Assembly: GCF_006345805.1 (NCBI RefSeq)
Contig: NC_043006.1
Span: 31,186,001-31,250,000 of the forward strand
DNA from: Octopus sinensis
Taxonomy: Eukaryota
Length of the DNA: 64,000 bases
Direction of reading: 5' to 3'
In this document: piece after piece, positions 47,842 to 61,633 of the stretch
How positions within the stretch are numbered: the stretch's first letter is position 1
Layout of the letters: each line of letters opens with the position of its first letter
Program-made: the position numbers and the translations under genes
The notes under the pieces: generated by a model
Database searches by the model: none
Told to the model about the DNA's origin: nothing
Seen by the model: the letters and a program-made list of their open reading frames with translations, nothing else

Positions 47842-48536
47842 CTCGTATGCATGTGTGTATGTTTATGTGTGTACGTGTAAATAGTAACTCAGATCAGAAG
47901 TGATCGTGAAGGCCTATGATGAAAGGTGGTCAAGCCGTGACCAACCAATTCGGTATTCAGACATGGAAGTCCTTGGACTACTTTATCTAATTTATCATTC
48001 ACTTCTTTTTTAAGCGGAAGACTGTGAATTTATAGAGAATCATCTGCTGTTTTTAGCAAGTCACTGTGTTTATGGGTGTATAAATGCGCATCTCAATGTT
48101 TCTATGGAAACATAAACTTCCGTCACTGGTCAGGGGTGGGAGCCAATTAAGGACTCAACAAATTGCAACTTGCTTCAACATACAACTCTGTTGTTCTCTT
48201 CATTAAGCATTAAAAAAAATTATTGACGACTGGTCACCCGGGTTGTGAGCATCACAAGATGTCTAATTTATCGCTATGTGGAACATGCAGTGTGTGGAGG
48301 CAAATGGTCGAGTATTTAGGTGTTACTCGCAAGGTAGTGGTTTCAATTCCCTGACCTGGTGGCGCGTTGTGTTCTTGCACAAATCCCATCATTTCACGTT
48401 GCTCGACTACACTCAGAAGTAAATGGACCAACTAGCATTCCTTTCTGAGGAAATGGGATGATCCTGGTCATTTATGCGCCACGGAAACCGGGTAGCCGTT
48501 CCCACAAGTCTTAGGACAAGAGACGGCAATACCCGT

Positions 48537-48630
48537 TGATTGATGATGATGACGATGATGATGATGATGATGACGATGGTGATGATGATGACGATGATGA
48601 TGATGATGATGATGGTGATGCTGATGTTGA
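48537..48630. repeat. (GAT)n repeat
   Basis: Direct inspection. Confidence 0.95.
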
Positions 48631-49324
48631 TAATGAACATGTGATGTAGGATCGATTCTCATTTAATCTTTTTACATCAGACTGTATCATCCGTCACTTT
48701 CACTTAGTCTACCCTTATGAAGATCTTTTCTTGCCTTTCCAAACACAACTTTCCGTCTTTATCATCATTTTAGATCAGTTCTTCTGTTTTTCTTTTATTA
48801 TTTTGACAGCTGGCAGAATCGTTTGAGCGTCGGAAAAAATACTTTGCAGCATTTGTCTCCTATCTTTATAATTTGAGTTCAAATCCCGTCGAGATTTACT
48901 TGACTTGTCATCTCTCGGAGTCGGTAAATTATAATTGCTGCCAAATAGTTATGTCATTGCAATTAACTTTTTCCCTCCCCTTAAAATTACTGTTTTTGTA
49001 TCTAAAAAAACTCTTCTTTTTACATGTAAATGGATGCTTTTCTTCAAAGGCATGAATGTCACCGCATCCATTTACATTTCTCTAAAAGCGGACTTAAAAG
49101 GAAAATAGGCGCTGTAACTGAGGATTGAAACCTTGTCATGACGTTTGGCTTGGATGGAGGTTGGTTTCTGCTGCACCTAATGCAATGTTTAGACTTACAA
49201 ACGAAGTTTTCTTAAAAGTTTTTTGAGCCCTAGGGCTCATAAGGACGGTTAAATGGTTCCGTGGCGGAATAATGGCCGAAATCGATATCCCCTTGAACAT
49301 GACATCGGTCTGTTGATGGGTTAA

Positions 49325-49520
49325 AGGCCAGCGATTTTGAGGAGACGGCTCAAGTCGATCATATCGACACAAGTACTTCACTAGTATTGTATTTTATTGA
49401 CCCCGAAAGGACGAAAGGCAAAGTTGACCTCGGTGGGACATGAACTCAGAAAATAAAGAGCAAGAAATATCTCAAATCATTTTGTCCGACGCGTTAATGA
49501 TTCCTCCACTACGCTGCCTT
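49325..49520 (-). mobile_element. Older SINE B' copy
   Basis: ggccagcgattttgagg..aagtcgatcatatcgac..ttgaccccgaaaggacgaaaggcaaagttgacctcgg. Confidence 0.75.
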
Positions 49521-49850
49521 CATAATTGAAGCTGCAAGCCAAAATGCCAAACTTTACTAAGTTAAGTTGGTCGAACAACGCGTTACATTAACGTGTAACC
49601 GGATGAGCACTCCTCAGACATTTGTACCCTTAAAGGGATTCCCAGGTAGAGTCTGTGTGATACAATATGTTAGAAAAGTGAACCTTCCAATTACACGTCG
49701 TAAAATCCATTAGATGGGCTCCCGTACTGTTGCCGTCAAACCTGACATTATTGTTAAATAGGCACAGGGTGTTACGTTGTGAGATCTATCTGCTTCAATC
49801 CAACGTTCCAAAGCCGTGCCCCACCATGTCCACAGTCTAATGACTGAAAC

Positions 49851-49940
<90 letters not shown>

Positions 49941-50448
49941 TATATACTATATATATATTCGAATTTTGGGTTACTTAAAATATATTTGTGCATATTTCAA
50001 CTTCTAATGGAAAAATTCACTGCAGTTTACCGTGGAGAAAAAAGAGTTGCCTCTCTTCGGTATTTCCCATTGTTAACGACTAAAGAGTTAGAAACATGTC
50101 TGGGAATCCGACAGGGGACAGCACAGGACAGATATGGTGTTTTTCACCTTTTCACCTTTTTAGCATAAGAGAGAATATTATTTCCAAGTTAACTGCAGTG
50201 AATTTCTCTTTCGAAGTTGTAACATGTCACAAACTGACCTTAAGTTTGCCTATGCCTAAACACGGCTTAGTGCTGATAAGGCTACACACAGACCACCCTT
50301 GCAACAGGGCTACACACAGAGTCACACGCTAACAGTAACTCCTCTCACCATCCTACTACAGCGTCACCCTGTCACATCTCTCTGTAGAAGACCATGACCA
50401 TGTTACTGAGATACACCAACAACTTTTATATATATATATATATATATT

Positions 50449-50507
<59 letters not shown>

Positions 50508-50511
50508 GTGA

Positions 50512-50832
50512 AGGCACATGGCTCAGTGGTTTGCGCGTCGAGCTTACGATCGTAAGATTGTGAGTTCGATTCCCGGACCGGGCTGCATGTTGTGTTCTTG
50601 AGCAAGACACTTTATTTCACATTACTCCAGTTCACTCAGCTGTAGAAATGAGTTGCAATGTCACTGGTGCCAAGCTGTATCGATCCGTTTGCCTGTCGTG
50701 GCTTGGAGAGGCAAGGCTGGTCTACATGAGCGACTGCTGGTCTGCCATAAACAACCTTGCCTGGCCTTGTGCCAGGCAAGGTTGGGTAACTTTCTAGGTG
50801 CTATCGCATAGTCATTCATGACCGAAAGGGGT
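50512..50832 (+). mobile_element. Full-length tRNA-derived SINE family C with CORE-like central motif
   Basis: ggcacatggctcagtgg (A box), gagttcgattcc (B box), gttcttgagcaagacacttta..ccagttcactcagctgtagaaatg, 3' end gtcattcatgaccgaaagggg. Confidence 0.88.
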
Positions 50833-51063
50833 CACGATATATAGAATGTGGTGGGTTTAGTTCAGTTGTGATGTAGACGAATAGGTACGCTGGCTAAGTG
50901 CTATAGTTGGTCGACTATTAGGTTCCAAGATCACAGTTAAGGCTGGATCTAGGAATCCGTGTTATGGTTCCATTATAGCCAGTATAAATTATATTAGAGG
51001 AAAAAGCAAAACCAATGCAGAACGAGAATCTCAAGTCAGTGGTATTGATTTTTCCTCAAATAT

Positions 51064-51098
<35 letters not shown>

Positions 51099-51113
51099 GA
51101 GTGTGTGTGTATT

Positions 51114-51263
51114 GGCGTAGGAGTGGCTGTGTGGTAAGTAGCTTGCTTACCAACACATAGTTTCGTGGCACCTTGGGCAACTATCTTCTACTGTAGCCTG
51201 GGGCCGACCAAAGCCTTATGAGTGGATTTGGTAGACGGAAACTGAAATAATCTTGCGGTATAT

Positions 51264-51323
<60 letters not shown>

Positions 51324-51554
51324 TATGTATGTATATATGTATGCGTATGTGTGTGCATGTTTGTTGTCTGTGTTTGTACCCCCACCATTGCTTGACAAAC
51401 GATGTTGGCGTGTTTACGTCCCCGTAACTTAGCGGTTCGGCAAAAGGGATAGAATATGTACAAGGCTTACAAAGAATAAGTCACGGGATCGATTTGTTCG
51501 ACTAAAGGCGGTGTTCCGGCATGACCTCAGCAAAATGATTGAAACAAATAAAAG
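51114..51554 (+). mobile_element. Full-length SINE family A with expanded central (TA)n/(TG)n
   Basis: Head ggcgtaggagtggctgtgtggtaagtagc; microsatellite 51258-51360; tail gactaaaggcggtgttcc..gaaacaaataaaag. Confidence 0.88.
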
Positions 51555-51592
51555 AATAAAAGAGATATATATATATTATATATACACACACA

Positions 51593-51623
<31 letters not shown>

Positions 51624-51657
51624 CACACCACACACACACATATATATATATATATGT

Positions 51658-51732
<75 letters not shown>

Positions 51733-52484
51733 CATACGAAAGAGACCCCAGTTTTCAACTGGTACTTTTTTTTTATTGAATGAAAGACAAAGTTGCTTGA
51801 AGTAGAGCCAAAAAAAGAAAACAAGGGAAAAAAAAGGGTACATTCTTTTCAATTTCACATTTCTCCTGAAACGGACAGGTTAGTGACAACTTCACCACTA
51901 CAATAATGTAAATCTTTTTGAACTCATAATATTCTGTATGTGTATACTGAACTTTTTTTAATAATTCCTCCTGGAAATTACCCTGAGATGTATAATATAT
52001 TTGTTTTAATCTTTTCTACCCATTTTTTCAATGAGCTTGTTAAGCTTTTTTATATTCTCAACATACTGTTGTCACCAAAGACTGTATATTTATATGGATT
52101 ATAGTACTCTGTGTCAACCAATATCCTGTGCATGTTTGAATATACAGATACAGTACCAATATCAATTCCTTCTGGAAACTATCTTAAGTATGTCCTTGAG
52201 AACGATTATTTATGTAATCTTTTTTGCCCAATATTTTAAGGAACTTGTTGAACTTTTTTATGTCCTTAACATGTCCCTGTTACCAAAGACTGTATATATA
52301 TATATGTAATGTAGCATTTTGCAACAACCAATAATTAACGCAACCAAACTTCCACGTGTTACTTTTGACAATCTTTTTCCAAAGAGTGAAACCGGTAAAG
52401 TAAATAAACATCTTTTAAATTGCATTTTCAAACCTTCTTTCGTATATAATTCCACCCGTGCGGTACCCCACAACTCCACTTTGT

Positions 52485-52516
<32 letters not shown>

Positions 52517-52834
52517 TGTATAAAGATGCTTGTAAAAATACATAAACATACATTTATATGCACACACATTTCATATTTTTGCATACACAAATATTAAGCG
52601 AGTGTCTTCGACATCAGTTGTAGAAGTGAATGCATGTATGTTAATGTGCTTGTGTGTGTATGTTTGTGGTGTGTGTGGTGTGTGTGGTGTTTATGTATGT
52701 GAACGAGTATGCATGTGTGTGTGTGTGCATCCGTGTGTGTATGTGCGTGTGTGTGTGTGTTCATTTAGCGGTGACTCGGGGTTGTGATAAAGTTGTATGA
52801 TTGTTGTTGTTATTGTTATTGTGGCTGTGAAAGT

Positions 52835-53036
52835 AGCGAACTGGTAGAACCGTTAACGCGCCGAACAGACTGCTTACTGGCATTTCGTCTGTCTGTATGT
52901 TCCGAGTTCAAATTCCACTTAAGTCGACTTTGCCATTCATTCAATAAAAAAAAAAGTACCAGTTGAAAACTGGGGTTAATGTAATCACTGATCTCCATCC
53001 CCGAAATTGCTGGCCTTGTGTCACAGTTTGAAACCA
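52835..53036 (+). mobile_element. Older SINE B' copy
   Basis: gcgaactggtagaaccgttaacgcgccg..gttccgagttcaaattcc..aagtaccagttg..gctggccttgtg. Confidence 0.75.
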
Positions 53037-54037
53037 GTATTCTTTTTTTTTTGTTCCCTAATTAAGCTTTAAATGACCAAGCCTACGATCACAGTCGTTC
53101 CACCTACGACCATCCCGCCTCTGTATATCAAGTTCCACATTGTTCATCATGTTTTTCCTTTCTCTAGATGGTAACATTTAAGGCAAATTTAGCTGCTATT
53201 TTTAGCAGGTCGGCAGTCCCCATAGAGGCACTCTTAATCGCTCTTCTTGGTATAACTGGTGGTGTTTTGAATGACAGCGCGCTGGCTGCGGTTGTGTTTG
53301 ATGTGGTTGTTCGAGTTTCAGGTTCTCTTAGTGGCAATAACAGATAAACATTAGGTGTGTATATGTGCATAACTGTGTGTGTGTATGTGTGTGTGTGTGC
53401 GTGCATTTGTCTTTGGTCACGTGCTCGTGCGCGTGTGTGTATGTGTGTGTGGTTTTCGATGGTGTCATTGTGGTACGTTGAGTTGTATGCGGTGTATCAC
53501 TGCGCTCCCGTTTGTCTTGTGGTACTGTCGACATTAGTGGTGGTGGTGGTGTGGTGGCGGTGGCGTTTCGTAATCGTAGAGGTGTTCTCAGAACAGTATT
53601 GTTTACATGTGCAGTTGTAAGCTATTGTTCAGCATTGCCGCTGCAGTGTGTTTTTGTTGTGGTGCAGGCTACACCGCGCTGCACTGTGCACACTCGGCCT
53701 CCATTGTGTTAATTACCCTACTCTTACAAAACCGCGTCGCTAACGAGACGGACATTTACGAGTGCAGGTCACATGACCTGTCCTTGAGATATTACAGCAG
53801 CAGCTCTTATTGCGATTAGACAAACATACAAACAAACGTACCAAATAATATATACAAGAGACAAATAAATTAACCAAACACTCTTATTACCTCCATATAC
53901 AATTATTTGTTTATCTTGCTTTCACTCTTTTAACTTTGCTTTCTTCAAAACATTTTTCTCTTTCAAATTGACTTGGTTGTCTTTCTGCTTTTATAGATAT
54001 CTGTCTGGCTGTCTGACTGTCCGGATTTTTCCTCTGA

Positions 54038-54116
54038 TCTCTCTCTCTCTCTCTCTCTCTCTGCGTGTATCTATATTTCTATAAAACATGCATATGTATA
54101 TATGTTTGTATGTATG

Positions 54117-54180
<64 letters not shown>

Positions 54181-54189
54181 GTATGTGTA

Positions 54190-54245
<56 letters not shown>

Positions 54246-54474
54246 ATTATATTATTATATTTATATATATGTACACACACATATATATAATATATGCATA
54301 TATTTACATGCGTAGATGAAAACATATATGTCTGTCTGTTTGTCTGTTTGATCTCTGGAGTACCTGCATATTTGTTCGAGGTGTGTACATGCGTATATTT
54401 GCGAGTACCTCTGTTTTTGATGTCCCTGTATAAGGTTTGAAGTACCTGCATATATATACACATATACATTCACG

Positions 54475-54516
<42 letters not shown>

Positions 54517-54678
54517 TGACTCACACATACGTACACATGCATATATACACAGATACACACACACACGCGCGCACATACATACCCATATATAGGTGTGTGT
54601 GTGTTTATGTATATATGTATATTTATTTTCTGTTATTCTCCTTTCTCCTTTGATGTCCATGTGATATTCTGGAGTACC

Positions 54679-54716
<38 letters not shown>

Positions 54717-54729
54717 CATACATACATAC

Positions 54730-54816
<87 letters not shown>

Positions 54817-54842
54817 CATACATATATATGTATATATATATA

Positions 54843-54881
<39 letters not shown>

Positions 54882-54940
54882 TTGTATGTGTATGTGTGTG
54901 TGCATGTGTGTGTATGTGTGTGTGTGTGCGTGTGTGTGGT
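54038..54940. repeat. (TC)n/(TA)n/(TG)n block with a recurring GAGTACCTGCATAT motif
   Basis: Motif or variants at ~54357, ~54403, ~54441 and ~54671. Confidence 0.85.
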
Positions 54941-55519
54941 TAACAAGTGACGGCTGGAATTGTTTCCTAAGATGTTACTGACATTGCTAATGATAACTTT
55001 TGTTTCGATGGTGGCGCTAGTGTTTGTCGGCGAAGGTATTGTTATATTGCTGCAGCTGGTCTCTTTGCTCATAGCAGCCAACATAAAGTACATGTTTGTA
55101 TCGCTGTTGTTGTTGCTGCTGTTTTAGTAGTTGTCGTTTAGCCCCAGGCCTTCCCCAAAGAGATCTGAAGATCAACGTCTCTCCAGCTGCAACCCTCACT
55201 TTTACCCTTGACATATCGTATATTCGGGTGTACCATACCCAATGTGTCCATCTTTTTAAAATACAGTAAAAAAAAGGGGATTTTTGGCTGCTAATTCTAG
55301 CAGGTCTAGTGACTGTATAAAGGTTCGGTGGTATTTTTGCTATTGTCGATTTTGTTGGAATAAAGACCCATAATATACAGTGTCCTTGAATATTGCATAA
55401 AGCTGCGGTTTGTGATGTGTGGCGCAATGTAGGGAAAAACTGCATTGTGAAGCATTGTCTGAAATAAACTCGACTGCTCTCACAAACGAGAATGCCAAAA
55501 ATGAACCCGACTACTCTTA

Positions 55520-55735
55520 CAAATTAAGTAAAAAAAAAAGCCGAAAAATAATCCAAAATCCTTGTCCGGTATCAAATCGATCCCAAAATCTGATCAGTTC
55601 GTGCCAGTCACGAGGCCAAACATCCCTGAAAGTTTCATCTGAATCCATCCAGCGGTTCCTGAGATATCTTGTCCACGGACAAACAAACAAACAAACTCGA
55701 CCGAAAACAATACCTCCAATTTCGCTAAGGTGGAG

Positions 55736-55740
<5 letters not shown>
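55520..55740 (+). mobile_element. Probable Helentron-associated (HINE/DINE-1-like) non-autonomous element, 3' part
   Basis: ccaaaatctgatcagttcgtgcc..tgaaagtttcatctgaatccatccagcggtt..gagatatcttg..(acaa)n..aaaacaatacctcc..ggtggagataat: (ACAA)n followed by a terminal hairpin, as in recalled HINEs. The family call is inference. Confidence 0.55.

Positions 55741-55783
<43 letters not shown>
55738..55783. repeat. (AAT)n tract
   Basis: Direct inspection. Confidence 0.98.
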
Positions 55784-55789
55784 TAAGGA

Positions 55790-57280
55790 TTTATGCATGA
55801 AATGAGAAACAGCTTGAAAGTATTATACATAGCGTTCGCATTTTCTCCAATGATGTAGATATGTAACTTAAGATCGAAAAGTGCGCTATGTTGAAAATGA
55901 AATAAAGATTTGAAGGAAGCCAGGGGAATGAAATGCCAAATGGGCAAACAATGAAAGCGGTTGAAAAGGACAGTGGTATAAGTTTTTTTTGATATTGGAA
56001 GCAGATGGAATAAAATGTGAAAAAATGAACCAAATTATCAGTAGAGAGTATACAAGGAGAGTCAGAAAATTATTGCAGTCAAAGCGGAATGCAAACTATG
56101 TTATTGAAGCAATAAATTTAAGAGCAGTACCCTAATCAGATATGGAGTTGTAATTATAGACTGGACCAGAAACGAGATACAGAAACTTGGGAGAAAAGCG
56201 AGAAAGCTGTTGACAATGTATGGAGCCCGCGATACAACCGGCTGTACCTGAAGAGAGACCAGGCTGGAAGAGGCTTAATTGCTGTGGAAGAGTGTGCACA
56301 GATGGAAGGAAAAAAGCCTACTAGAATATTTACAGAACAGTACAGAGAAACTACTGAAGACGGGTGATCAAGTGTTGAATAGGAGAAAAGAACAAGAATG
56401 AAATAGAACGAGAGCGAGTTAAACAGATTAAAAAGAAACCTTTGCACGGTCAATTTTACACAGCCGCTGATGATGTATATGGAACAAAATTCAGGGCTGG
56501 GTTAAAAATAAAAAGACATTTAAAAAAAAAAAGAAACAGAGAGCCTAATTGTAGCAGCCCAAGATCAAGCAATAAAAACAAACAACTTGAGGAAAAATAT
56601 TATTGGGGAGAATGTGTTAGAAAAATGTAGAGTCTGTGGAACTTGGGAACGAGACAGCAGCACACATTGTTGCAGAATGTCCCAAACTGGCAAAGGAAGA
56701 ATATAAGAAATGGAGGCACGTTCAAATAGTAAAAGTTTTACACCGGAAGCATTGCCAGAAATGGGAATTTGAAGCTGGAGACACATTGTATGAACTTCGG
56801 GTCGAAAGAGTACTGGAGTCAGAGAATTGTAAGTTTCTGTGGGACTTTCCTATTCAAACGGACAAGAAGCTGGAAAGTAATAGTCCAGGCATAACAATAC
56901 TAGACAAGGAAAAGTGAAGTTACCTACTAATTGATTTCAGGATCGCGAAGAAAGACGAGAAACAAAAATAATACAATCCTTTCAAATTTGGAATTGCAAG
57001 AATTTGGAATATGAAAATTGTAAAGGTTTTGCCTATAATAATTGGTGCATTGGGAACTGTAAGCAAAGGTATAGACAAATGGCTGAAGGAGATTGGAACA
57101 GAATATCCTGTAGAGTTTCTAGAGAAAGTTTGCTTCTTAGGGACAGGAAAGATTATCAGGTGGGTCTTAAGCACTTGAAAGACTATTGAAAGATTGTAGA
57201 TATCTAAGGTTACAGGTAGTAACCCGCTATCCACATAAAGTGTACCAGGAATAAGAGCGAACCTGAGTCAAATCAATAGA
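55790..57280 (+). mobile_element. 5'-truncated R4/Dong-like non-LTR retrotransposon (RT thumb, CCHC finger, REL endonuclease), decayed
   Basis: Stitched frames: LKIEKCA, GILEADGI, REYTRRVRKLLQSK, IEAIN.RAVP..RYG...IDWT, RLYLKR..AGRGL..VE, CRVCG..ETAAHIVAECP.LA..EYK.RH, E.VLESENCK.LWDF.IQTD, I.VLPIIIGALGTV.K, L.KVC.LGT.KII..VL. The REL P-D motif reads PG. Confidence 0.88.
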
Positions 57281-57844
57281 AAATACATAGTCTAGAACAG
57301 AAGATCGAAAGCTATTGACTTTCGTGTACTTTTATGCTTTTTCGGTCATGGTTAGCTTACCAATCAGAACCCATCAATCAGGCTTATGGTTAAAGATTAG
57401 ACCTTTTAATTACAGAAAATCCATTCAACTGGCTTCAACACAGTTTTCGGCAACCCAGTTTCAACCGGGACTATGTTAAAAAATAACCTTGCCATGCAGA
57501 GGATTGAAACCAGATCATCCGGATTACAAAGTGAATTTCTTAACCACTTGGTCAAGCCTCCGTCCACATTCCATAAGCCTAAAGTTTGAAAATTCTAAAT
57601 AATCTGAGTGAAGGAAAATATCAATTTCTATATCTGAGTTGAAGAATTATTTCTTTGAAAAAGTACCAGTCACTCAAATAAAATATTCCTGCATGGTTTT
57701 GTGGACTAATGATAAGCATTTAAGAACCAACTTGAAAATCCGTCTCAGAACAAGTCTGGTGTTGAGGAAAATATTTATTTCCACGTATGACAAGAACTTA
57801 CGATTTATGTATTAGAAAAGAAAATATGCTTTTCAGTTTGTGAC

Positions 57845-57975
57845 CCTCAACTATTTCTTTGCCTGTGGACCCCTTTGATGCCAATTTCAGTCTTCTGGAC
57901 CCTCGATAAATTTTGCCAACAAACCCTTATATGAACTCCTAAAGGTCATGTGGACACCGATTGAGAGAACCATTG
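57845..57975. mobile_element. Degenerate hAT-type MITE fragment (13531 family)
   Basis: cctgtggacccctttgat..atgaactcctaaaggtcatgtggacacc..gagaaccattg. Confidence 0.5.
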
Positions 57976-58164
57976 TTTTAAATGATGAAATTCTGGACAT
58001 TTTGGTGGGTAAAAACAATAATTTTTGTTGAAACAAATAATAATCTGACTGAAAAAAGGAAAAAAATTGAAAATTGTAACAAAACGGGGTAAGCAAAAAT
58101 ATTATTCTATGTTCAGGGTTGTCAAATACATTTGTTTGATTTATTCTACTTGGCTCTCCATCCC

Positions 58165-58290
58165 GTGAAGGCCCGTGGGCCTAGTGGTTAGGGTGTTGCA
58201 CTCACGATCCTCAGGTCATGGGTTCGATTCCCTGACCAGGCGGCGTGTTATAGTTTTTTTTATTTAGCATAATACTTCATTTCACGTTAC
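58165..58290 (+). mobile_element. SINE head fragment (family C/D)
   Basis: gtgaaggcccgtgggcctagtggttagggtg..ggttcgattccctgacc. Confidence 0.7.
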
Positions 58291-58566
58291 TCTAGTGTTG
58301 TGGGGACTGAGATGTCAAAGAAAACGACCATCCTCTCCTCTGCGTGTCCCCCACCCAAAAGGTAACTAAATGATTTGCACACCGACCTCATGAAAACCCT
58401 CGCCAGCAACAACTACTCAAACAGACCCGTGGGTTGGAGGGTTGCCATCTGAGTGGGGCAAATGTGTCATCCACTATGAGTTGTACTGAATCACCAACAA
58501 ATGGTGGATGCAACGACCTGCTGTTATACCGCGTTTCTCCATACTACTACTACTACTACTACCACT

Positions 58567-58598
<32 letters not shown>

Positions 58599-58855
58599 AA
58601 CTACTGCTGCTGCTGCTGCTGCTACTACTACATATTTCCGAGAAAAAGCAAAACTTATTAAAATTTCTAAAACGAAAATAAAGTTGTAGAGGAAGGATAG
58701 GACTACAACCCCCCACCCCACCCCCACCACATCCTATGAAACACTACGATAGAAATATTTTCCTGTTAATTCAGAAAACATTGCAAAAGATTGAAAATAA
58801 CTGAAAAAAAAAAAATAAAACATCGAACGAATTTATGTGAAAACCAAATATACGA

Positions 58856-58973
58856 ATGTTCTGTTGTGCCTGGGGAGAGTCATTCTCTTTTGGTGCCTTA
58901 TAATTTAACACACTCACCGGTAAAATTATAAGGCACCAAAAGAGAATGACTCTCCCCAGTCACAACAGAATAT
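58856..58973. repeat. Fold-back inverted repeat (51-bp arms, 16-nt loop) of the 3805-family element
   Basis: atgttctgttgtgcctggggagagtcattctcttttggtgccttataattt / aaattataaggcaccaaaagagaatgactctccccagtcacaacagaatat: 2 mismatches. Confidence 0.95.
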
Positions 58974-59397
58974 GCTTCAACACCCGAACTCACATAAAGA
59001 ATCTTGAAAACCAAATCCAAAAACGAAACAAATATACGGAAGAAGTTGAAAATTATGTATTTTAAAAGAGGCAAAATCTGTTTATTTACAATATTTCCAG
59101 TGTTTTGATGTTGAAAGTGAATACAAATTCGGAAATAATATGTCTTATAACATCTCAGAAAATTTAATAGAATATTCTAAAATTAACGAAATATTCTAAC
59201 AGGACTGGAAGAGGGGAGAAAAAAATCTAGATTCTTAAGAGTTGAAAAGTAAAAAATTCTGAATTAGAAAATGAAACGAAATTCATATCAGTTGTTATTT
59301 CTAAATATATTTGTAAATAAAGGGTATTTTTTGATAAATATTTCATAATCTGCACGAAAATCACTGAATTTGTGTTAATTCTGCCGCGCAGAGTGAT

Positions 59398-59420
59398 TAA
59401 TACATACATACATACATACA

Positions 59421-59451
<31 letters not shown>

Positions 59452-59780
59452 GCATGTATGCATACATACATACATATATACATACATACATACATAGATG
59501 CATACATAGATGCATACATACATACATGCTTACATACATACATAGATGCTGACACACATACATACATGCATGCATGTATATATACATTCATAGATGCTGA
59601 CATACATACATAAATACATACATACATAGACGCACACATGCATACATACATGCATACATACATGCATACATGTTTACGCACGTAGCAGCATACACACATA
59701 TCTAGATGTATGTATGTACGTATGTATGTATGTATGTATGTATGTATGTATGTACGTATGTATCTGTTTATCTATCTATC
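59398..59780. repeat. (TACA)n/(TATG)n tracts
   Basis: Direct inspection. Confidence 0.95.
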
Positions 59781-60092
59781 TGCCTGTCTGTCTCTCAATA
59801 TATATGTATATACATGTATAGAGGCAATTATGCGGATAAACATATTAAATATGATACAACAGCTTGGGCATGAAATACAAAATATATATTATGTGGATAC
59901 ATGGAAACCAAGAGAGAAAGAAGATGGAGACTTTGAGACGATGAATATTTCAGTATAAATATATCGATATTTATATTAATAGATCCAACTGACACAGAAT
60001 ACAAACGATGAAGAATATTAAAAGAATGGAAGAAAGGTGCCTTAAGTCGTTTCTACTCCGCGTAAGTTGGATCTATTTATATAGATATCTAT

Positions 60093-60094
<2 letters not shown>

Positions 60095-60168
<74 letters not shown>

Positions 60169-60490
60169 GCAGAAAGATAGATAGATTAATAGATAGATAG
60201 ATGGATGGATGGAGGTACGGATAGATACATAGATATGCATATACATGTGCATATTGTATGTGCGTATGTATGTATGTAGGCATACGCACACTCATGTATA
60301 TGAGCAAGCGCATATATATATGTATGCAAGTATGTGTTTGCATGTGTGTGTGTGTGCGTGTGTATATCTGTTCGTATGCATACATACATAGATACATACA
60401 TGCGTACATACATACATATGTACATAGATATGTATATATCTATCTAGCTATCCATCTTAATCTCTCTCTCTCTATCTATCCATCCATCAT

Positions 60491-60523
<33 letters not shown>

Positions 60524-60582
60524 TTATCTCTCTATCTATCTAACTATCTATCTATCCATCATTCTCTCTCTCTATCTATTAT

Positions 60583-60638
<56 letters not shown>

Positions 60639-60675
60639 CCCATCATTCTCTCTCTCTCTGTATCTTTCTATCTGT
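60095..60675. repeat. (GATA)n,(TG)n,(TC)n,(TATC)n compound block
   Basis: Direct inspection. Confidence 0.93.
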
Positions 60676-61490
60676 CTCCTGCCTGGTGGTGAACTGGTAG
60701 GAGCTCTTCCTTCGAGCCCAGCCTGTCAGAACGAATTACATCACGCCGTTGGTCAGACCCAATTGCATTTATAGTAGAGTGCATAATGAGTTGAGTAAAA
60801 GCTCGAGGCTTTGAATCATGAGCTTTGGGGCTTGGCTTACACGTGGACCCAACCTAAGGGGGTGGAGAGAAGCGCCGTTTCCTTGGGGCGGGCTTGCTCA
60901 CGGCAGTACGAAAGCCACAGTTGAAATTCAAGAAGTGAGTGCGTGCGTCTGTGGCTGGCATTGAATCTGTAAGGCATGCGTGTTTATTGTGTTGGTTTGC
61001 ATGTCAATGCATGTGTTACATACTAGTAAATGCATGTCACGATATGCCCCAGTCTCCCTGCATGCACATTGTGGTTAGTTTATTTCCTCAGTTTGTTTTG
61101 TTTGTTAACCCCGGTGCATGCAGCACTTCTTAACAAGCTCCATATTGACGGATTAATGTGGCGTGTTGTGTCAGATTTTAACGATTATTGAATAACTTAT
61201 AAATACATGTAATGTATACGCATGGATGGATGGATGGGTGTATGCGAGGGTGCACGAATGTATACATTTATGGGGGTATGTTTGTATGTATGTATGTATG
61301 TATGTATGCGTGCATGTATGTACGTATTTATGCATGTATCTATATATGTCTACCTTTCTCTCTCTCTACATACATGCACACACACATACACATGCATATA
61401 TACACACATCCACACACACACACACACGCATGCACACACACGCATGCACACACACACACATATCAATCTTTTGTTTCCAGTATATATATA

Positions 61491-61633
61491 CGATGGGCCT
61501 CTTTCAGTTTCCGTCTACCAAATCCTTTCACCTGGGGCTTTAGTAGAAAATACTCGCCGAAGGTGCCACGCGCACGTAGTGGGACTGAACCTGGAAGCAT
61601 GTGATTCAGAAGTTAATTTCTTACCGCACGCCT
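61491..61633 (-). mobile_element. 5' half of SINE family A (diverged)
   Basis: ctttcagtttccgtctaccaaatcc..tagtagaaaatactcgccgaaggtgccacg..gtgggactgaacctggaa. Confidence 0.75.

Noticed and set aside
12223-58290. tRNA-like A/B box sequences (e.g. 12230, 50515, 58170)
   Set aside because: They continue into SINE bodies and lack a complete cloverleaf or acceptor stem; SINE heads, not tRNA genes.
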